Of a stretch of DNA of 64,000 nucleotides, positions 22,250-34,972 are shown in pieces. This stretch comes from an uncultured delta proteobacterium (GTDB lineage: Bacteria > Desulfobacterota > Binatia > UBA9968), in contig CAVUVW010000027.1 of the NCBI GenBank assembly GCA_963745035.1, positions 288,001-352,000 of the forward strand, given 5' to 3'. The notes beneath the pieces were generated by a model. The model ran no database searches. It saw nothing but the letters and a program-made list of their open reading frames with translations, and was not told the DNA's origin. The stretch's first letter is position 1. Every line of letters begins with the position of its first letter. A program made the translations under genes and the position numbers.

Positions 22250-25200
22250 CTAATGCATATAGACGGAGACGACCTTGGAAACTCCAGGCTCCGCCATGGT
22301 GATGCCGTAGAGCACTTCGGCGGCCTGCATGGTTTTCTTGTTGTGGGTGACGAGCACGAACTGCGAATGCTCGCTCAGCTCTTTGACCATCTCGGTGAAG
22401 CGGTCGAGGTTGGCGTCGTCGAGCGGCGCGTCGACCTCGTCGAGAAAGCAGAACGGGCTGGGCTTGGTGAGAAAAATGGCGAACAAGAGGCTCACGGCGG
22501 TGAGCGCTTTTTCGCCGCCCGAAAGCAGCGTAATCGATTGCAGCTTTTTGCCCGGCGGCTGCACGATGATGTCGACACCGGTTTCCAAAAAATCGTTCTC
22601 GTCGGTGAGCACGAGCTTGGCCTTGCCGCCGCGAAACAGCCGGGGAAAGATCGCTTCGAACTTTTCGTTGATGGCGTCGAAGCTTTCTTTGAAACGCAGG
22701 CGGCAGATCCGGTTGAGCTTGACGATAGTCTGCTGCAAGTCGGCGATGGCGCGCTCCAAATCCTCTTTCTGCCGGCTCATGAAGCCGAAGCGCTCGGTCA
22801 GCTCCTCGTACTCGCCGATGGCCGCGAGATTCACTTCGCCCATGCGCTCCAAGCGGCCGCGCAGATCGTCGATTGCGGCCGTGAGCTCGGCTTGGGACGG
22901 CGAATTCTCCGGGCAGGCGAGCGCTTCCAGCGCGACGTCGTATTTTTCTCGCAAATTGGCCGCCAGATGCTGCAACTCGAGGCGCTGCTCGGCGAGCGCC
23001 AACTGAATGCGGCTTTTGTCTTCCTGGCAAGCTTCCACTTGCGGGCGCAGTTCTTTGATGGTCTCGCCGATCTCGGCCAGACGCATGGAAATCTCGCGGT
23101 ATTTCCGCCGGTCGGCCTGGAGCCGCTCTTCCATCCGTTCGAGCGCGCCGCGATTGTCGTCGAGCGCCGCGCAGCACTGCGCCAAAGCTTGCTCGGTGTC
23201 GCGACGGCGCTGCTGGAAGTCGGCAATCTGACCCTGCCGCGCGGCGATTTCCCGAGCGGATTCTTCCTGGAGCTTGAGCCGGTCGGCCAGATTGGTGCGG
23301 GTGTTTTCGCGTTTTTCGCTCAGAGCCGCGTTGCGCACACGCGATTGCGTGACCGCGCCGTCGGCCGCCTGCAGCGATCCGCCAAGCTCTGCAAGCTCGG
23401 CCTGCTTTTGCGCCAGCGTCTGTTCGCGCGCGGCTTTTTCTTGCGCGCATGATTGCCCGCGCGCGCGGCAGCTTGCCGTTTCTTCATCGAGAAGCTCGAC
23501 GGCGGCGGTGAGATCGCTTTGTTCCTGGCCGAGGATGTGCGCGGTTTGCCCCAGCCGTTCGCACGCCTGAACGGCGGCGCGATGTTCGTGCTCCAAGCGC
23601 ACCTTTTCGAGCTCCAGCCGATGGATCTCGGCGCCGAGAACGACTTTTTTGGTTTCGGCTTGTTCGACTTCGTGCTTGAGTTTGTCGCCTTCCCGCTCTT
23701 CGCCGGAGAGCTGGGCTTCGCGCTCGGCGAGAACCGCGTTCAGCTCGCGAATGCGGCGGCGCTGCGCTAGAAAGCTCCCTTCGAGCGACGCGCCGCTGCC
23801 GCCGGTAACGGTGCCGACCTGATCGATAACTTCGCCTTCGGGCGTCACCAGGGTGCTGTGATAGCCGTTGCGGTTCCACAGCGACAGGCCCGCTTGCAGA
23901 TCTTGCACGAGCACCACGTCGGCGAGCAGATACTCGGCGATGTCGCGATAGCCGTCTTTGATGGAAATCATGTCCATCAGCGGCGCAATCACCTCGGTCT
24001 CTCCCAACGGCAGTTCATTGGTCGGTTTACGCGACTGTTCGAGGGGAATGAAGCTGCCGCGGCCCGACGCCTGGCTCTTGAGAAATTCGATCGCCTCCAG
24101 ACCTTCCTGGTGGCTCTTGACGATCACGTACTGGAGCCGGTCGCCGAGCACGGCGGTCAGCGCTTTTTCATAGTGCTCCGGCGCTTCCAGGACCTCGGCG
24201 ACCAGACCATGAATACCGTTGGGCGCCGCTTCCTGCTGCTTTTTGAGCATGATCGCGCGCACGCCCTCCTGGTAGCCTTCGTAGTTCTTTTGCAGCTCTT
24301 CGAAGGACAAGAGGCGCGAGCGGTTTTCCTGAATCTGTTCTTTGAGCGCGGCGATCTTGGCTTCCTGCTCTTCGCGGCTCCTGCTCAAGCTTTGCAGCGC
24401 CGCGCTCGCCTGAGCGGCCTCGATGGCGCGCTCGCGCGCCTGGCTCGGCGCAGGCGGTCAAGGCGCGAGCGCCCGCGCCTCGGGCTTCCTCGCAGGCGGC
24501 GAGCTCGGTCGAGACCTGGGCCAGCTCCTCGCGGCTACGCGCCAGCTCGGCAGAGATCTCTCCATGGCGCCGTTCTTTGGCGAGCGCCTCGTTGTTTAAA
24601 TTCGCAATCTGGTTGGCGGCGTCGATCAGCGCCGCCTTCTCCTGATCGACCTCGGTCTGGAGCGCGCGCATGCGCGCCTGCAGCGCCGCAAGCTCGCTTT
24701 CTTTGTCGCGCAGAAAGGACTCTTCGAAGAGCGAAAGCTGGATGAAGCTTTCCTTGGCGCTGTGGAGCTCGGCCACTTCCTGGGCGAGCATCTGGGTGCG
24801 CGCTTCAAGCTGGGCCAGTGCAGCGCGCGTTTCGCCCTCGGCCTGCTCCAGTTGAGCCAAATCCTTGTTGAGAAACTCGCGCCGCTGCTCGTCGCTCTGA
24901 ATCGCCGCGCGGCGCTGGTACACGTTTTCCTGCTGCGTGCCGAGCTCGCGCTCGGCTTCGAGCAAAGCCAGCCGGACCGATTCACTTTCCGCCTCTTGGC
25001 CGTGCAGCGAGGCGAGGCGCTCCGCCAAGCGATTCTCGACGCCGGCGAGCTCGCTTTCCTGGCGCGCGATTTCTCCTGTGAAGGCTTCGCGCTGCAAAAA
25101 ACTCCCGGCAAGTTCTTTTTCTTTGAGCTCGGCCTTGAGCGCGCGATAACGTTCGGCCTTCTTGGCCTGCAATTCCATGGACCGAATCTGGCGCTCGATC

Positions 25201-25799
25201 TCGCGCACGATGTCGTTCAGGCGCAAGAGGTTTTGCTGAGTGCGTTCGAGCTTCTTTTCGGCGACGATCTTGCGGCTCTTGTACTTGCTCGTGCCGGCGG
25301 CTTCTTCGATCAAGCCGCGCCGTTCCTCGGGTTTGGCATTGACCAGCTCATCGACTTTGCCCTGCTCGACGATCGAGTAGGCCTTGCTGCCGACGCCGGT
25401 TCCTAAAAAAAGCTCGACCACGTCTTTTAGCCGACAATTTACCTTGTTGATCGCATACTCCGATTCGCCGGAGCGAAACAGCCGTCGCGTTACCATGATC
25501 TCGCTGAAGTTGGCGTACTCGGCGGGACCGCGGCCGTCTTCGTTGTCAAAGATAATCGAGACTTCGGCCATGCCGGTGGCTGGCAGGCTGTCACTGCCGT
25601 TGAACACCACGTCTTCCATCTGATGGCCGCGCAGGTGCCGGGCGCTCTGCTCGCCCATCGCCCAACGCAGGGCGTCGACGATGTTGGACTTGCCGCAGCC
25701 GTTGGGTCCCACCACTGCGGTGATACCGGGGTTCATCTCCACGACGGTGCGCTGAGCAAAGGATTTGAAGCCGATCATCTCAAGGCGTTTTAAACGCAT
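22250..25799 (-). CDS. smc: Chromosome segregation protein SMC (frameshift near 24440)
   Basis: [18 protein letters not shown], hinge [28 protein letters not shown]; split over two ORFs. Confidence 0.95.
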
Positions 25800-25890
25800 A
25801 GAAGCTCTATATTATGGAACTTTTTGGCACTTCTGGGCGGCGATTTGCTCCCCATACTTCCACAGGTGAACCGAGCTGTCAAGGACAAAA

Positions 25891-25937
25891 TCACAATATG
25901 CGGGGGAGTAGAAATTGGCTACCGCAAGATATGGGCT
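25891..25937. promoter_or_regulatory. Putative tandem NrdR boxes upstream of smc
   Basis: TCACAATATGCGGGGG and CCGCAAGATATGGGCT, 31 bp apart, resemble acaCwAtATaTwGtgt. Confidence 0.45.
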
Positions 25938-26038
25938 GAGGCGTCTGATGCGCCGAGCCAGCACGACCAGAGCCCCTTTTGTCCGGCTCTTATGTCCCCG
26001 GCAACCCCGCCGGTGACTGCCGGATGGCAGTTATAAAA

Positions 26039-26671
26039 CTACATTTCAAGAAGCTCGGTGTTCCAGTAGGACACGTCGACGGTGTTGAGGAAGGGCATCC
26101 ACTCTTTGTAGCGCGACATGCTGAAGGTTTCCTGCATGAACGGCGTCCATTGCGGCTTTAGCGGCCTGCGCACGAGCGGCATGCTCGCCTGAATGGGCGT
26201 CCTGCCGCCTTTGCGCCGATTGCAAACATGGCAGGAGCATACGACGTTTTCCCAGGTCGAAGTGCCGCCTTGCGAGCGCGGGATGACATGATCCAGGTTG
26301 AGTTCCTGGCGCGGCAGGCGGCGGCCGCAGTATTGGCACGTGCACTTGTCGCGCGCGTAGATGTTGTACCGGCTGAAGCGCACTTGGCGTTTGGGCACGC
26401 GGTCATAGCTCACCAGTAAAATCACGCGCGGCACCCGGATTACGCGATTGACCAGTCCAATGGTCTCGTCGTGGGCGGAGAGCGAGAGATCGCTCCAGCT
26501 CTCAAAGTCGAAAGTCTGGTATTGTTCGTTGACCGCCTTGGCGATTCCCTGGTAGAGCAGCACAAAGCCGCGGCGCACGGAAGTGACGTGGATCGGCAGA
26601 TAGGAGCGATTGAGGATCAGGACTTTGGTGTTGAGGATACCGTACGCGGGCACTGTGGCCGGATAACTCAT
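26039..26671 (-). CDS. HNH endonuclease (stand-alone McrA-like family)
   Basis: VLILNRSYLP, RDKCTCQYCG, LDHVIPRSQGG..WENVVCSCHVCNRRKG. Confidence 0.9.
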   Translation of the reverse strand: MSYPATVPAYGILNTKVLILNRSYLPIHVTSVRRGFVLLYQGIAKAVNEQYQTFDFESWSDLSLSAHDETIGLVNRVIRVPRVILLVSYDRVPKRQVRFSRYNIYARDKCTCQYCGRRLPRQELNLDHVIPRSQGGTSTWENVVCSCHVCNRRKGGRTPIQASMPLVRRPLKPQWTPFMQETFSMSRYKEWMPFLNTVDVSYWNTELLEM

Positions 26672-26907
26672 AGGCTTTCAATACTTTTTCTTGGAATCCC
26701 GGGGGTCATGGGTACTTCCGTAAAAGTAGCGGGCCGCGCCGTGGTTGTCAATTCGCGCGGCAGCCCCGCGCGTCGCCCTTGCTTGAAGTGGATCATAAAT
26801 TCCACTATAAACACAGCTAATTCGTGCGTGTTTCCAGCGGCTCACCGCGCCACCCCGTGGCTCCTTCTCACATACTCCCGCCGTTTTAAGCCGAGTTTAG
26901 CGATTCT

Positions 26908-28419
26908 ATGAAGCAAGAAATTTATATAAGTTCGACGCCCCAAGAAAGCCGCATCGCCCTCATGGAGGACGGTCTGTTGGCCGAGTTTCTGATCGAGAGA
27001 AAGGAAGAGATGGGCGTCGCCGGAAATATTTACAAAGGCAAGGTGGCCCGGGTGCTGCCCGGCATGCAGGCTGCCTTCGTCGAAATAGGCATGGAAAAAG
27101 CCGGGTTTCTTCACGCGTCGGACTTTTCCAGTGAGCCCGAAGACGCGCAGCTGTTGACCGCGGGGGACGAGGTCGAGTTTGCCGAGCCGCCGCCGAGGCC
27201 GCAATCTTCGCGCCGTCTGCCGCTCGAAAAGCAAATCTCGCGAGGCGAAGAAGTTCTCGTTCAAGTCGCCAAAGATCCTCTCGGAACCAAAGGCGCAAGG
27301 GTGACCTCGCACGTGTCGCTGCCGGGCCGCTACATGGTCTTCATGCCGGGAACGAAGCACATCGGCATTTCCCGCCGGATCGAGAGCGAGGAGGAGCGCA
27401 AGCGGCTGAAAGAAATCGCCCAATCGTTGAGAAATGAAAGCGGCGGGTTTATCTTGCGCACCGCCTGCGAAGGGCGCAGCAAGCGCGAGCTGCAGCGCGA
27501 TCTCGCCTTTCTCACCCGGTTGTGGAAAGGCATCCAGAAGAAAGCTCAGAGCGCCGCCGCGCCGGCGCTGATTCATCAAGATCTCGATCTTATCACCCGG
27601 GCGATTCGGGATTTCTTCTCCAACGACACGGAGCGGGTGGTAATCGACTCGCCCAAGGACCACCGGCGTGTTCTCGATTTCGTACGCCACTTCATGCCGC
27701 GGCTGACCTCGAAGATCGTCGCCTATACCGCCAAGGAGCCGCTATTCGAGCAGCAAGGCATCGAGGAGAAAGTCGTCAAGGCTTTGGATCGCCGGGTTTG
27801 GCTGCGCTCGGGCGGTTATATCATCATCGAACGGACCGAAGCGCTCACCGCGGTGGACGTCAATACCGGCCGGTTCGTCGGCAAGCGCAGTCAGGAAGAG
27901 ACAATATTCAAAACCAATCTCGAGGCCACCCAGGAGGTCGTGCGCCAGCTGCGCCTGCGAAACGTCGGCGGGATCATCATCATCGATTTCATCGATATGG
28001 AAAAGGAGGGCAACCGGAAAAAGGTTTATGACGCCCTCAAAGAGGCGCTCAAAAAAGACAAGGCGCGCACCAACATTCTAAAAATCTCCGAGCTCGGGCT
28101 GGTCGAAATGACCCGCCAGCGCACGCGCGAGAGTCTGGAGAATCAGCTACTGCGCCCCTGCCCGCACTGCGACGGCCGGGGACGGATCAAATCCGCGGCG
28201 ACGGTCGCCTACGACGTTTTGCGCGCGATCAAGCGTCAGCAGGGGCAAATGGAAAACGGCAAAAATATCGTCATCCGTCTCCACCCCGACATCGCCAATT
28301 TTCTCTATGACGAGAAAAACAACAGCCTGGAAAATCTCGAGCGCGAGATCAACCACCGGATCATCATCAAGGCCAGCCACGAACTGCACCACGAGAAATA
28401 TGAAATCGCCGAGGCGTAG
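26908..28419 (+). CDS. rng: Ribonuclease G (Rne/Rng family)
   Basis: GNIYKGKV..VLPGMQAAFV, VDVNTG, LRLRNVGGIIIIDFIDM, GLVEMTRQR, CPHCDGRG. Confidence 0.93.
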   Translation: MKQEIYISSTPQESRIALMEDGLLAEFLIERKEEMGVAGNIYKGKVARVLPGMQAAFVEIGMEKAGFLHASDFSSEPEDAQLLTAGDEVEFAEPPPRPQSSRRLPLEKQISRGEEVLVQVAKDPLGTKGARVTSHVSLPGRYMVFMPGTKHIGISRRIESEEERKRLKEIAQSLRNESGGFILRTACEGRSKRELQRDLAFLTRLWKGIQKKAQSAAAPALIHQDLDLITRAIRDFFSNDTERVVIDSPKDHRRVLDFVRHFMPRLTSKIVAYTAKEPLFEQQGIEEKVVKALDRRVWLRSGGYIIIERTEALTAVDVNTGRFVGKRSQEETIFKTNLEATQEVVRQLRLRNVGGIIIIDFIDMEKEGNRKKVYDALKEALKKDKARTNILKISELGLVEMTRQRTRESLENQLLRPCPHCDGRGRIKSAATVAYDVLRAIKRQQGQMENGKNIVIRLHPDIANFLYDEKNNSLENLEREINHRIIIKASHELHHEKYEIAEA

Positions 28420-28421
28420 GC

Positions 28422-29069
28422 TCAACTCTTCGGCCATGCATGAATGTCGGCGTCGCGCCTGAGCTTCTTCGGATCGTAAGTTTCCCAGTGGGTGAACGCG
28501 GCCGAGCTGCGTCTTGGCTTGGCCTTGGGCCAGCTCCGCGCGTGGCCGATCGGCACCACCCACAGAAGGCGCAGCTCCGGCGGCACCTGAAACATTTCTC
28601 TTAGTTCCGGCTCGACTTCTTCGCGCACCGAGACCCAGACCGTGCCGAGATTCATGCTCGCCGCCGCGAGCATCATCTGCTGCACCGCGTTGGCGATGCT
28701 CGCCTGAAAAAGTTTCTCGCGATCGGCGGCTTGGCGGGTGGTCAAGTAAACCTGTTTGGTGCGCGCGTCGCCGCACACCACCACCAGCACGCTCACGTCG
28801 CCGACGTAGTCTTTCTTAAGCCCTTTGTAGTGGACCGGATCTTCGAGTTTTCGCTGCTTCCATTCGTTGGAGTAAATCTGGCGCACCCGGGTCATCTTCT
28901 TGCGATCGCGGGTGACGACGAATTCCCACGGCTGGGTGTTGGCGCCGGAAGGCGCCCAGCGCGCGGCTTCGAGAATCGCCTCCAGTTGTTTGTCCGATAC
29001 TTTGCCGGTTTTATAAACCCGCACGCTGCGGCGAGTGCGGATGATGCTCAACAGTTGGTCAGTTTTCAT
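28422..29069 (-). CDS. Nitroreductase family protein
   Basis: RRSVRVY, AARWAPSGANTQPWEF, NLGTVWV; GAGGA SD before ATG 29069. Confidence 0.88.
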   Translation of the reverse strand: MKTDQLLSIIRTRRSVRVYKTGKVSDKQLEAILEAARWAPSGANTQPWEFVVTRDRKKMTRVRQIYSNEWKQRKLEDPVHYKGLKKDYVGDVSVLVVVCGDARTKQVYLTTRQAADREKLFQASIANAVQQMMLAAASMNLGTVWVSVREEVEPELREMFQVPPELRLLWVVPIGHARSWPKAKPRRSSAAFTHWETYDPKKLRRDADIHAWPKS

Positions 29070-29375
29070 GACGATCTTCCTCATGTTCGTGTACGTTGAC
29101 CTGAGACAGGTGGCTTCTCTATAACAGCAACGCGTGGGCTCCTCCAACCGGTAAGGGTGTTTGTGCGCCGAAAACGCGTAATGAAGCGCACCAGCGATGC
29201 GGCCAAATTCCGGATCGAGAGCAAAGAGAGGGATCGGCAAAATAGCCGTTGACTCAAGTGGGGTGAATAGGTAGGTATGCTTTGGTTTTAATGCCTGACA
29301 TAGTCCACCTATTTCCCGATGGGTTAGATCGGAGGAAGGTCTGGTACTCTCTGACGCAAAGCGAGGCGAGCAGCG

Positions 29376-30530
<1,155 letters not shown>

Positions 30531-30557
30531 CCGTAGTTTTCTGCACGAGCTGCGAAT

Positions 30558-30648
30558 GATCCTCGCTACCGCTCGGAATGACAACTAAAATAAACCGTCT
30601 GTCATCTCGAACCCTCGAAATACTCAGGATAAACTCCGTGAGAGATCT
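30558..30648. repeat. REP-like palindromic element pair (GATCC..GGAATGACA / TGTCAT..AGATCT)
   Basis: Related units at 41304-41333 and 53201-53272. Confidence 0.6.
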
Positions 30649-30689
30649 TCCCAAAATGAAAACGACGCAGATTTCTGAGAGGATTGACG

Positions 30690-32433
30690 ATGGAAGCGGT
30701 ACTGAGAATGCCTCGCCAGTTCGTGATCCGCTTGCGCACATCGCCGCTCTTGTTGGCCCTGGCCGCGGCGCCGATGCTGGTCATTCTCATTCTGGTCGCG
30801 GCGCTCATCTGGATCAGCTTCCAGACCGGCGTCGTCGGGACGCCCAAGGCGATTTACACGGTAAAGAACTATCGCCGAGATTCTCGGCGATCCGTTCGTC
30901 CTCAAAGTCTTTTGGAATACGCTGATTTTTACTCTGGCTACGACTTTTACCGCGCTCGCCTTCGGGCTGCCGATCGCCTGGTTGACCGAGCGCACCACCA
31001 TGCCGGGTAAAGGTCTTGTCTATACGATTATGACCTTGGGACTCCTCATCCCGGGAATTTACACGGCGATGGGCTGGACGTTCATCGCCCACGTGCGCAT
31101 CGGGTTATCTGAATCGATGGCTCATGGACGTCATTCGCGCTCGAACAGGGACCGATCAATATCGCCACGCCGGTGGGCATGGGACTCGTGCAGGGGCTCA
31201 ATTTGACGGCGCTGGCATTCATTCTGACCGCGCAAATGTTTCGCGCCATGAATCCATCGCTCGAAGAGGCCGCCAAAATTCACGGCATGAGCTTTGCCGG
31301 CACCGTGCGAAGGATCACCTTGCCGCTGGCGTTCCCGGCAATTCTGGCGGCGTTCATCTACATGCTGACCATCGGAATCGCGACTTTTGACGTCCCGGCG
31401 ATCATCGGTCTCGGCAATCGCATCTACATGCTCAGCACCTACGTCTATTTGAAAGCCAATCCGCCGGACAGCGGTTTGCCGCAGCACGGCGTCACGGCCG
31501 CCTTGGGCACGGTGATGATTCTACTCGCGCTCCTGCTTACTTGGTGGTACAGCCAGGTGCTCAGGCAGGGTCATCGTTACGAAGTGATCACAGGCAAAGG
31601 TTACCGGCCTACTTTGATCCATATCGGCCGCTGGTCCGTGCTTGCCTGGGGACTGATCGCGCTCTATTTTCTCGCCACCAAATTGATTCCGCTCTTGCTG
31701 ATCGCCTACGCCGCCTTTACGCCGTACCTGGCGCCGCCGTCGTGGGAAATGCTGGGCAAGCTTTCGCTCGCCGGCTTTCATAACCTCAATTGGGATCTCT
31801 TCTGGCGCGGGCTTTACAACACCGTGCTGCTCGTGGTCACGGTGCCGCTCATCACGTTGGTACTGGCGTTCTGCATTTCCTGGCTGATCGTGCGCTCGCA
31901 CAGCCGCATGCGCTACGTCCTGGAATTCGGCGCGTTCCTGCCGCACGCGCTGCCGGAAGTAATCATGGCGATCGGCGCGCTGCTGCTGGCGCTGTTCGTT
32001 CTGCCCAAATTCATTCCACTCTACGGCTCGGTCTGGTTGATCGCCATCGTCTACGTGATTTCCCGACTTGCCTTCGCCACGCGCGCGCTCAACAGCTCGC
32101 TGTCTGCAGATCCACAAGGAGCTCGAAGAAGCCGCTTATACCGCCGGCTTGTCGCCGATCCGAACGTCATGGCGCATTCTCGTGCCGCTCCTTCGTCCGA
32201 CGCTTATGTCGGTATGGATCTGGTCAGCGATCCTGGTCTACCGCGAGCTTACCGTGGCGGTCTTTTTGATCAGCCAGGAAAGCATTACCTTGCCGGCGGT
32301 GATCTGGAGTTACTGGTTCTCCGGAGCGATCAACCAGGCGGCGGCGGTGACTTTGCTGATGACTCTCGTGCTCACGCCGCTGATTTTGATCTTTTGGTGG
32401 TTCGGCCGGCGCCAGCTCATGCCGGAATCCTAA
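30690..32433 (+). CDS. ABC transporter permease (FbpB-like, two EAA loops), several frameshifts
   Basis: MNPSLEEAAKIHG and IHKELEEAAYTAG motifs, many TM helices. Confidence 0.82.
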
Positions 32434-32514
32434 CGTTTGCAGAGATTACGCAATTGGCTCGTCTAAGCTTTGACGGAAGAAATTAACGGCCAGTCAAATC
32501 CGAAGGAGGATCCC

Positions 32515-33640
32515 ATGACTCATGATCGAAGGAAAAAGCTTGGGCTTTGCGCCGCGGTATTCTTCGCCGCCGGTCTATTCGCCATTCCGGCGAGCGACGC
32601 GCCGGCCGCGGAGAGCGCCAAAGCGCCGACTACCGCCGAGCTCGTCGCCAAGGCCAAGAAGGAAACCACCTTCAGAGCGCAGTGGGGCGCCGATACGCTC
32701 GACGGCGGGCCGGGCCTGCAGAAAATCATCGCCGCGATGAACAAAAAGTATGGACTCAATTTGCAGCCTTCGTTCACGCCCGGCGCGAACATGCAGGGGA
32801 TGATGGCCAAGATCACGCGCGAACTGGCCGCGGGCCAGCCGTCCAGCAGCGATGTCTATTTCGGCAACTCGCAATCGATGCTGCAAGCAATGGAAAACCA
32901 ACCGCTGATCCCGATGGATTGGCGCGCGCTGATCGAGCGCAAGTTCTTGCCCGAGCCGGGCTTTGATCCGGTGGTGAGCTGGAAACATCGGCGTCGCCAT
33001 GGCTTCCACCTTGGTCGGCGTCATCTACAACAGCAATTTGGTCAAGGGCAACGACATCCCGCGCAAGCTCGACGACTTGATGAACTCCAAGTGGAAGGGC
33101 AAGATCGCTTCGACGCCTTATGCCGCGGGTTTCAGAGAATTTGCCATGCCGGAGCTACTGGGCAAGGAGAAAGTCATCGAGTTCGTCAAGAAATACTCCA
33201 AGCATATTGCCGGCGTGATTCGCTGCGGTGAGATGGACCGGCTGACCAGCGGAGAGTTTCTCATGCTCGGGCTCGCCTGCGGCGATCAGGAAGTCAACAT
33301 CGCCGAGCGCAAGGGCATTCCGCTGGGTTACGCGATCATGGAAGATGCCACCATTTCCCATACCCGCTACGGCGCGGTGCCGAAGAATTCCCGGGCGCCC
33401 AATGCCGCGGCTCTGTTCGTCGCCTTCCTGCACACGCCGGAGGGCCAGAAGCTCATGTGGGATATCGACGGGCTCGATTTCCACCTTTACCCCGAGTCGA
33501 ACCAGAAAAAGAAGCTCGATGCGGCCAAAGCGAAAGGCGCCAAAGTCGTGATCAGCTCGCCGCAATGGCTCAACAAGAACAAGCACTACGACGACACGCA
33601 GAAAGAGCTGGAAAAGATTCTTCGCGGCGAGGTTAGCTGA
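32515..33640 (+). CDS. ABC extracellular solute-binding protein (frameshift near 32978)
   Basis: Signal peptide, ELVAKAKKE, YNSNLV..IPRKLDDL..KWKGKI, APNAAALFVAFLHTPEGQ. Confidence 0.82.
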
Positions 33641-33659
33641 TCAGCACGGCCACAAAAAC

Positions 33660-33689
33660 GTAGGGGCGGGTTTGAAACCCGCCCCTACA
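33660..33689. repeat. GTAG-family REP palindrome, copy 1
   Basis: GTAGGGGCGGGTTTGAAACCCGCCCCTACA, identical to 53309-53338. Confidence 0.85.
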
Positions 33690-33705
33690 TTTTCTTTCCG
33701 AAGGC

Positions 33706-33783
33706 CGTCATTCCCGCATGCTTTAAGCGGGAATCCAGGCGAATCCGGAACTGGCCCCCCGATAAAAACATTCGGGGGTGACG
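33706..33783. repeat. CGTC-family REP-like element
   Basis: CGTCATTCCCGC..GCGGGAATCC and CCCCCGA..TCGGGGGTGACG; related palindrome at 49543-49570. Confidence 0.7.
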
Positions 33784-33835
33784 CCTTTAGATGATTCTCA
33801 TCGTCTTCCACCCCGCAGCTTGCTGCGGGGTGGCG

Positions 33836-34345
33836 TCAGTGATACTCGGCGCCGGGTAGCGGATTCTGCACGGCTTCTTCGAGCGTGGTTGCGCGCTTCC
33901 ATTCGTTCGCCGGCCGGCTGCGGCCGTCGCTGCCGATCTGATCCATCGCGGCGTAGATCTCGATTTTGTACCCATCTGGATCGTAGAATTCGAGCCCGGG
34001 ATTGCCGCCGGGGCCGCGCCTTCCTTCATAGAAAATTGTCACGCCCTTGGATTTAAGGAAATCGCGGATTTTGAATAGTTCCGATACCGTGGCGACTTCC
34101 AATGCCATGTGGTCGAAGCCCACTTGGCCGCGCTTCGGCAGCTCGTTCTTTTCCGTCGCCTGGACTAGCGCTACCGTGTGGTGGTCGGTGCTGTTGCGGT
34201 AGAACATCATGCCGCCCTCGTTCTTGTCGGAAAACTTGAAGCCCATGATGTCGGTCCAAAATTTGCCGCTGCGCTCGATATCGCTGACGCTCAGCACTAC
34301 ATGGCCGATTTTTTTGATCTTGATGGGAGATTTTTCTTCCGCCAT
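33836..34345 (-). CDS. VOC family protein (single-domain, extradiol-dioxygenase-like)
   Basis: IGHVVL, DHHTVAL, DHMALEV, FYDPDGYKIEIY. Confidence 0.85.
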   Translation of the reverse strand: MAEEKSPIKIKKIGHVVLSVSDIERSGKFWTDIMGFKFSDKNEGGMMFYRNSTDHHTVALVQATEKNELPKRGQVGFDHMALEVATVSELFKIRDFLKSKGVTIFYEGRRGPGGNPGLEFYDPDGYKIEIYAAMDQIGSDGRSRPANEWKRATTLEEAVQNPLPGAEYH

Positions 34346-34456
34346 AGAAGGCTCCTTTCTGATTGAAAACTGCGCGAAATTGCCGCGCTGAAAGTAGGGG
34401 ATTTCTACCACGTACAAAGAATCAAGGCAAAGTCAAAATCACCGGCAAACGGCCGG

Positions 34457-34858
34457 CTATTTTCCTTGAAATTTCGAGACCAATTTGCGGCCGTACGAGC
34501 GCAAGGTGCTCGGATCCAACGAGCGCCGCTTGAGCATATCGAGCCGGATCATTTTCCACTGAATGCTCTTGGCGAGCGACCGCCGCTCGCCCTCGTCTTC
34601 GACATGCTTGAGCAGATCTTCGAGTATATGAATGTCTTTGCGCAATTCGACTTCGGGCGGCAGAACATGGGCGTTCTTGAGCACGTGATAGCTGATACGC
34701 AAATCCTCCGGCACCCAGCTCCAATCTTCCAGCTCAAGCGGCTTGCCCTTGCCAGGTAAGTTGTCGAAAGCGCCGGCCCGCTGCGCCTCCAGGATGCGCT
34801 GCTCGGCCAGGTTGTGCAGAAATGATACCGCGCCTGTGGGTTGTCTGGGTCTCTTCAT
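34457..34858 (-). CDS. DUF1992 domain protein
   Basis: AEQRILEAQRAGAFDNLPGKGKPL..LKNAHVLPPEVEL. Confidence 0.85.
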   Translation of the reverse strand: MKRPRQPTGAVSFLHNLAEQRILEAQRAGAFDNLPGKGKPLELEDWSWVPEDLRISYHVLKNAHVLPPEVELRKDIHILEDLLKHVEDEGERRSLAKSIQWKMIRLDMLKRRSLDPSTLRSYGRKLVSKFQGK

Positions 34859-34869
34859 TGTCCACTCTT

Positions 34870-34971
34870 GTTCAAAACGTTCAAGCCGTTCAATCTACTC
34901 TGTTCAAATGCCTCCCCCGCGATAGCGGTTGAGGACTGAGCGAAGCGGTTGAACGATTTGAACGGCTTAAA
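34870..34971. repeat. GTTCAA 9-mer repeat element, copy 1
   Basis: GTTCAAAAC-GTTCAAGCC-GTTCAA with inverted arm TTGAACGAT-TTGAACGGC. Confidence 0.8.
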
Positions 34972-34972
34972 G

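Noticed and set aside
26039-26671. HNH gene as a mobile or defence nuclease (IscB/Cas9-like)
   Set aside because: It is short, lacks RuvC motifs, and has no flanking repeats or methylase; it fits the widespread stand-alone chromosomal HNH family.
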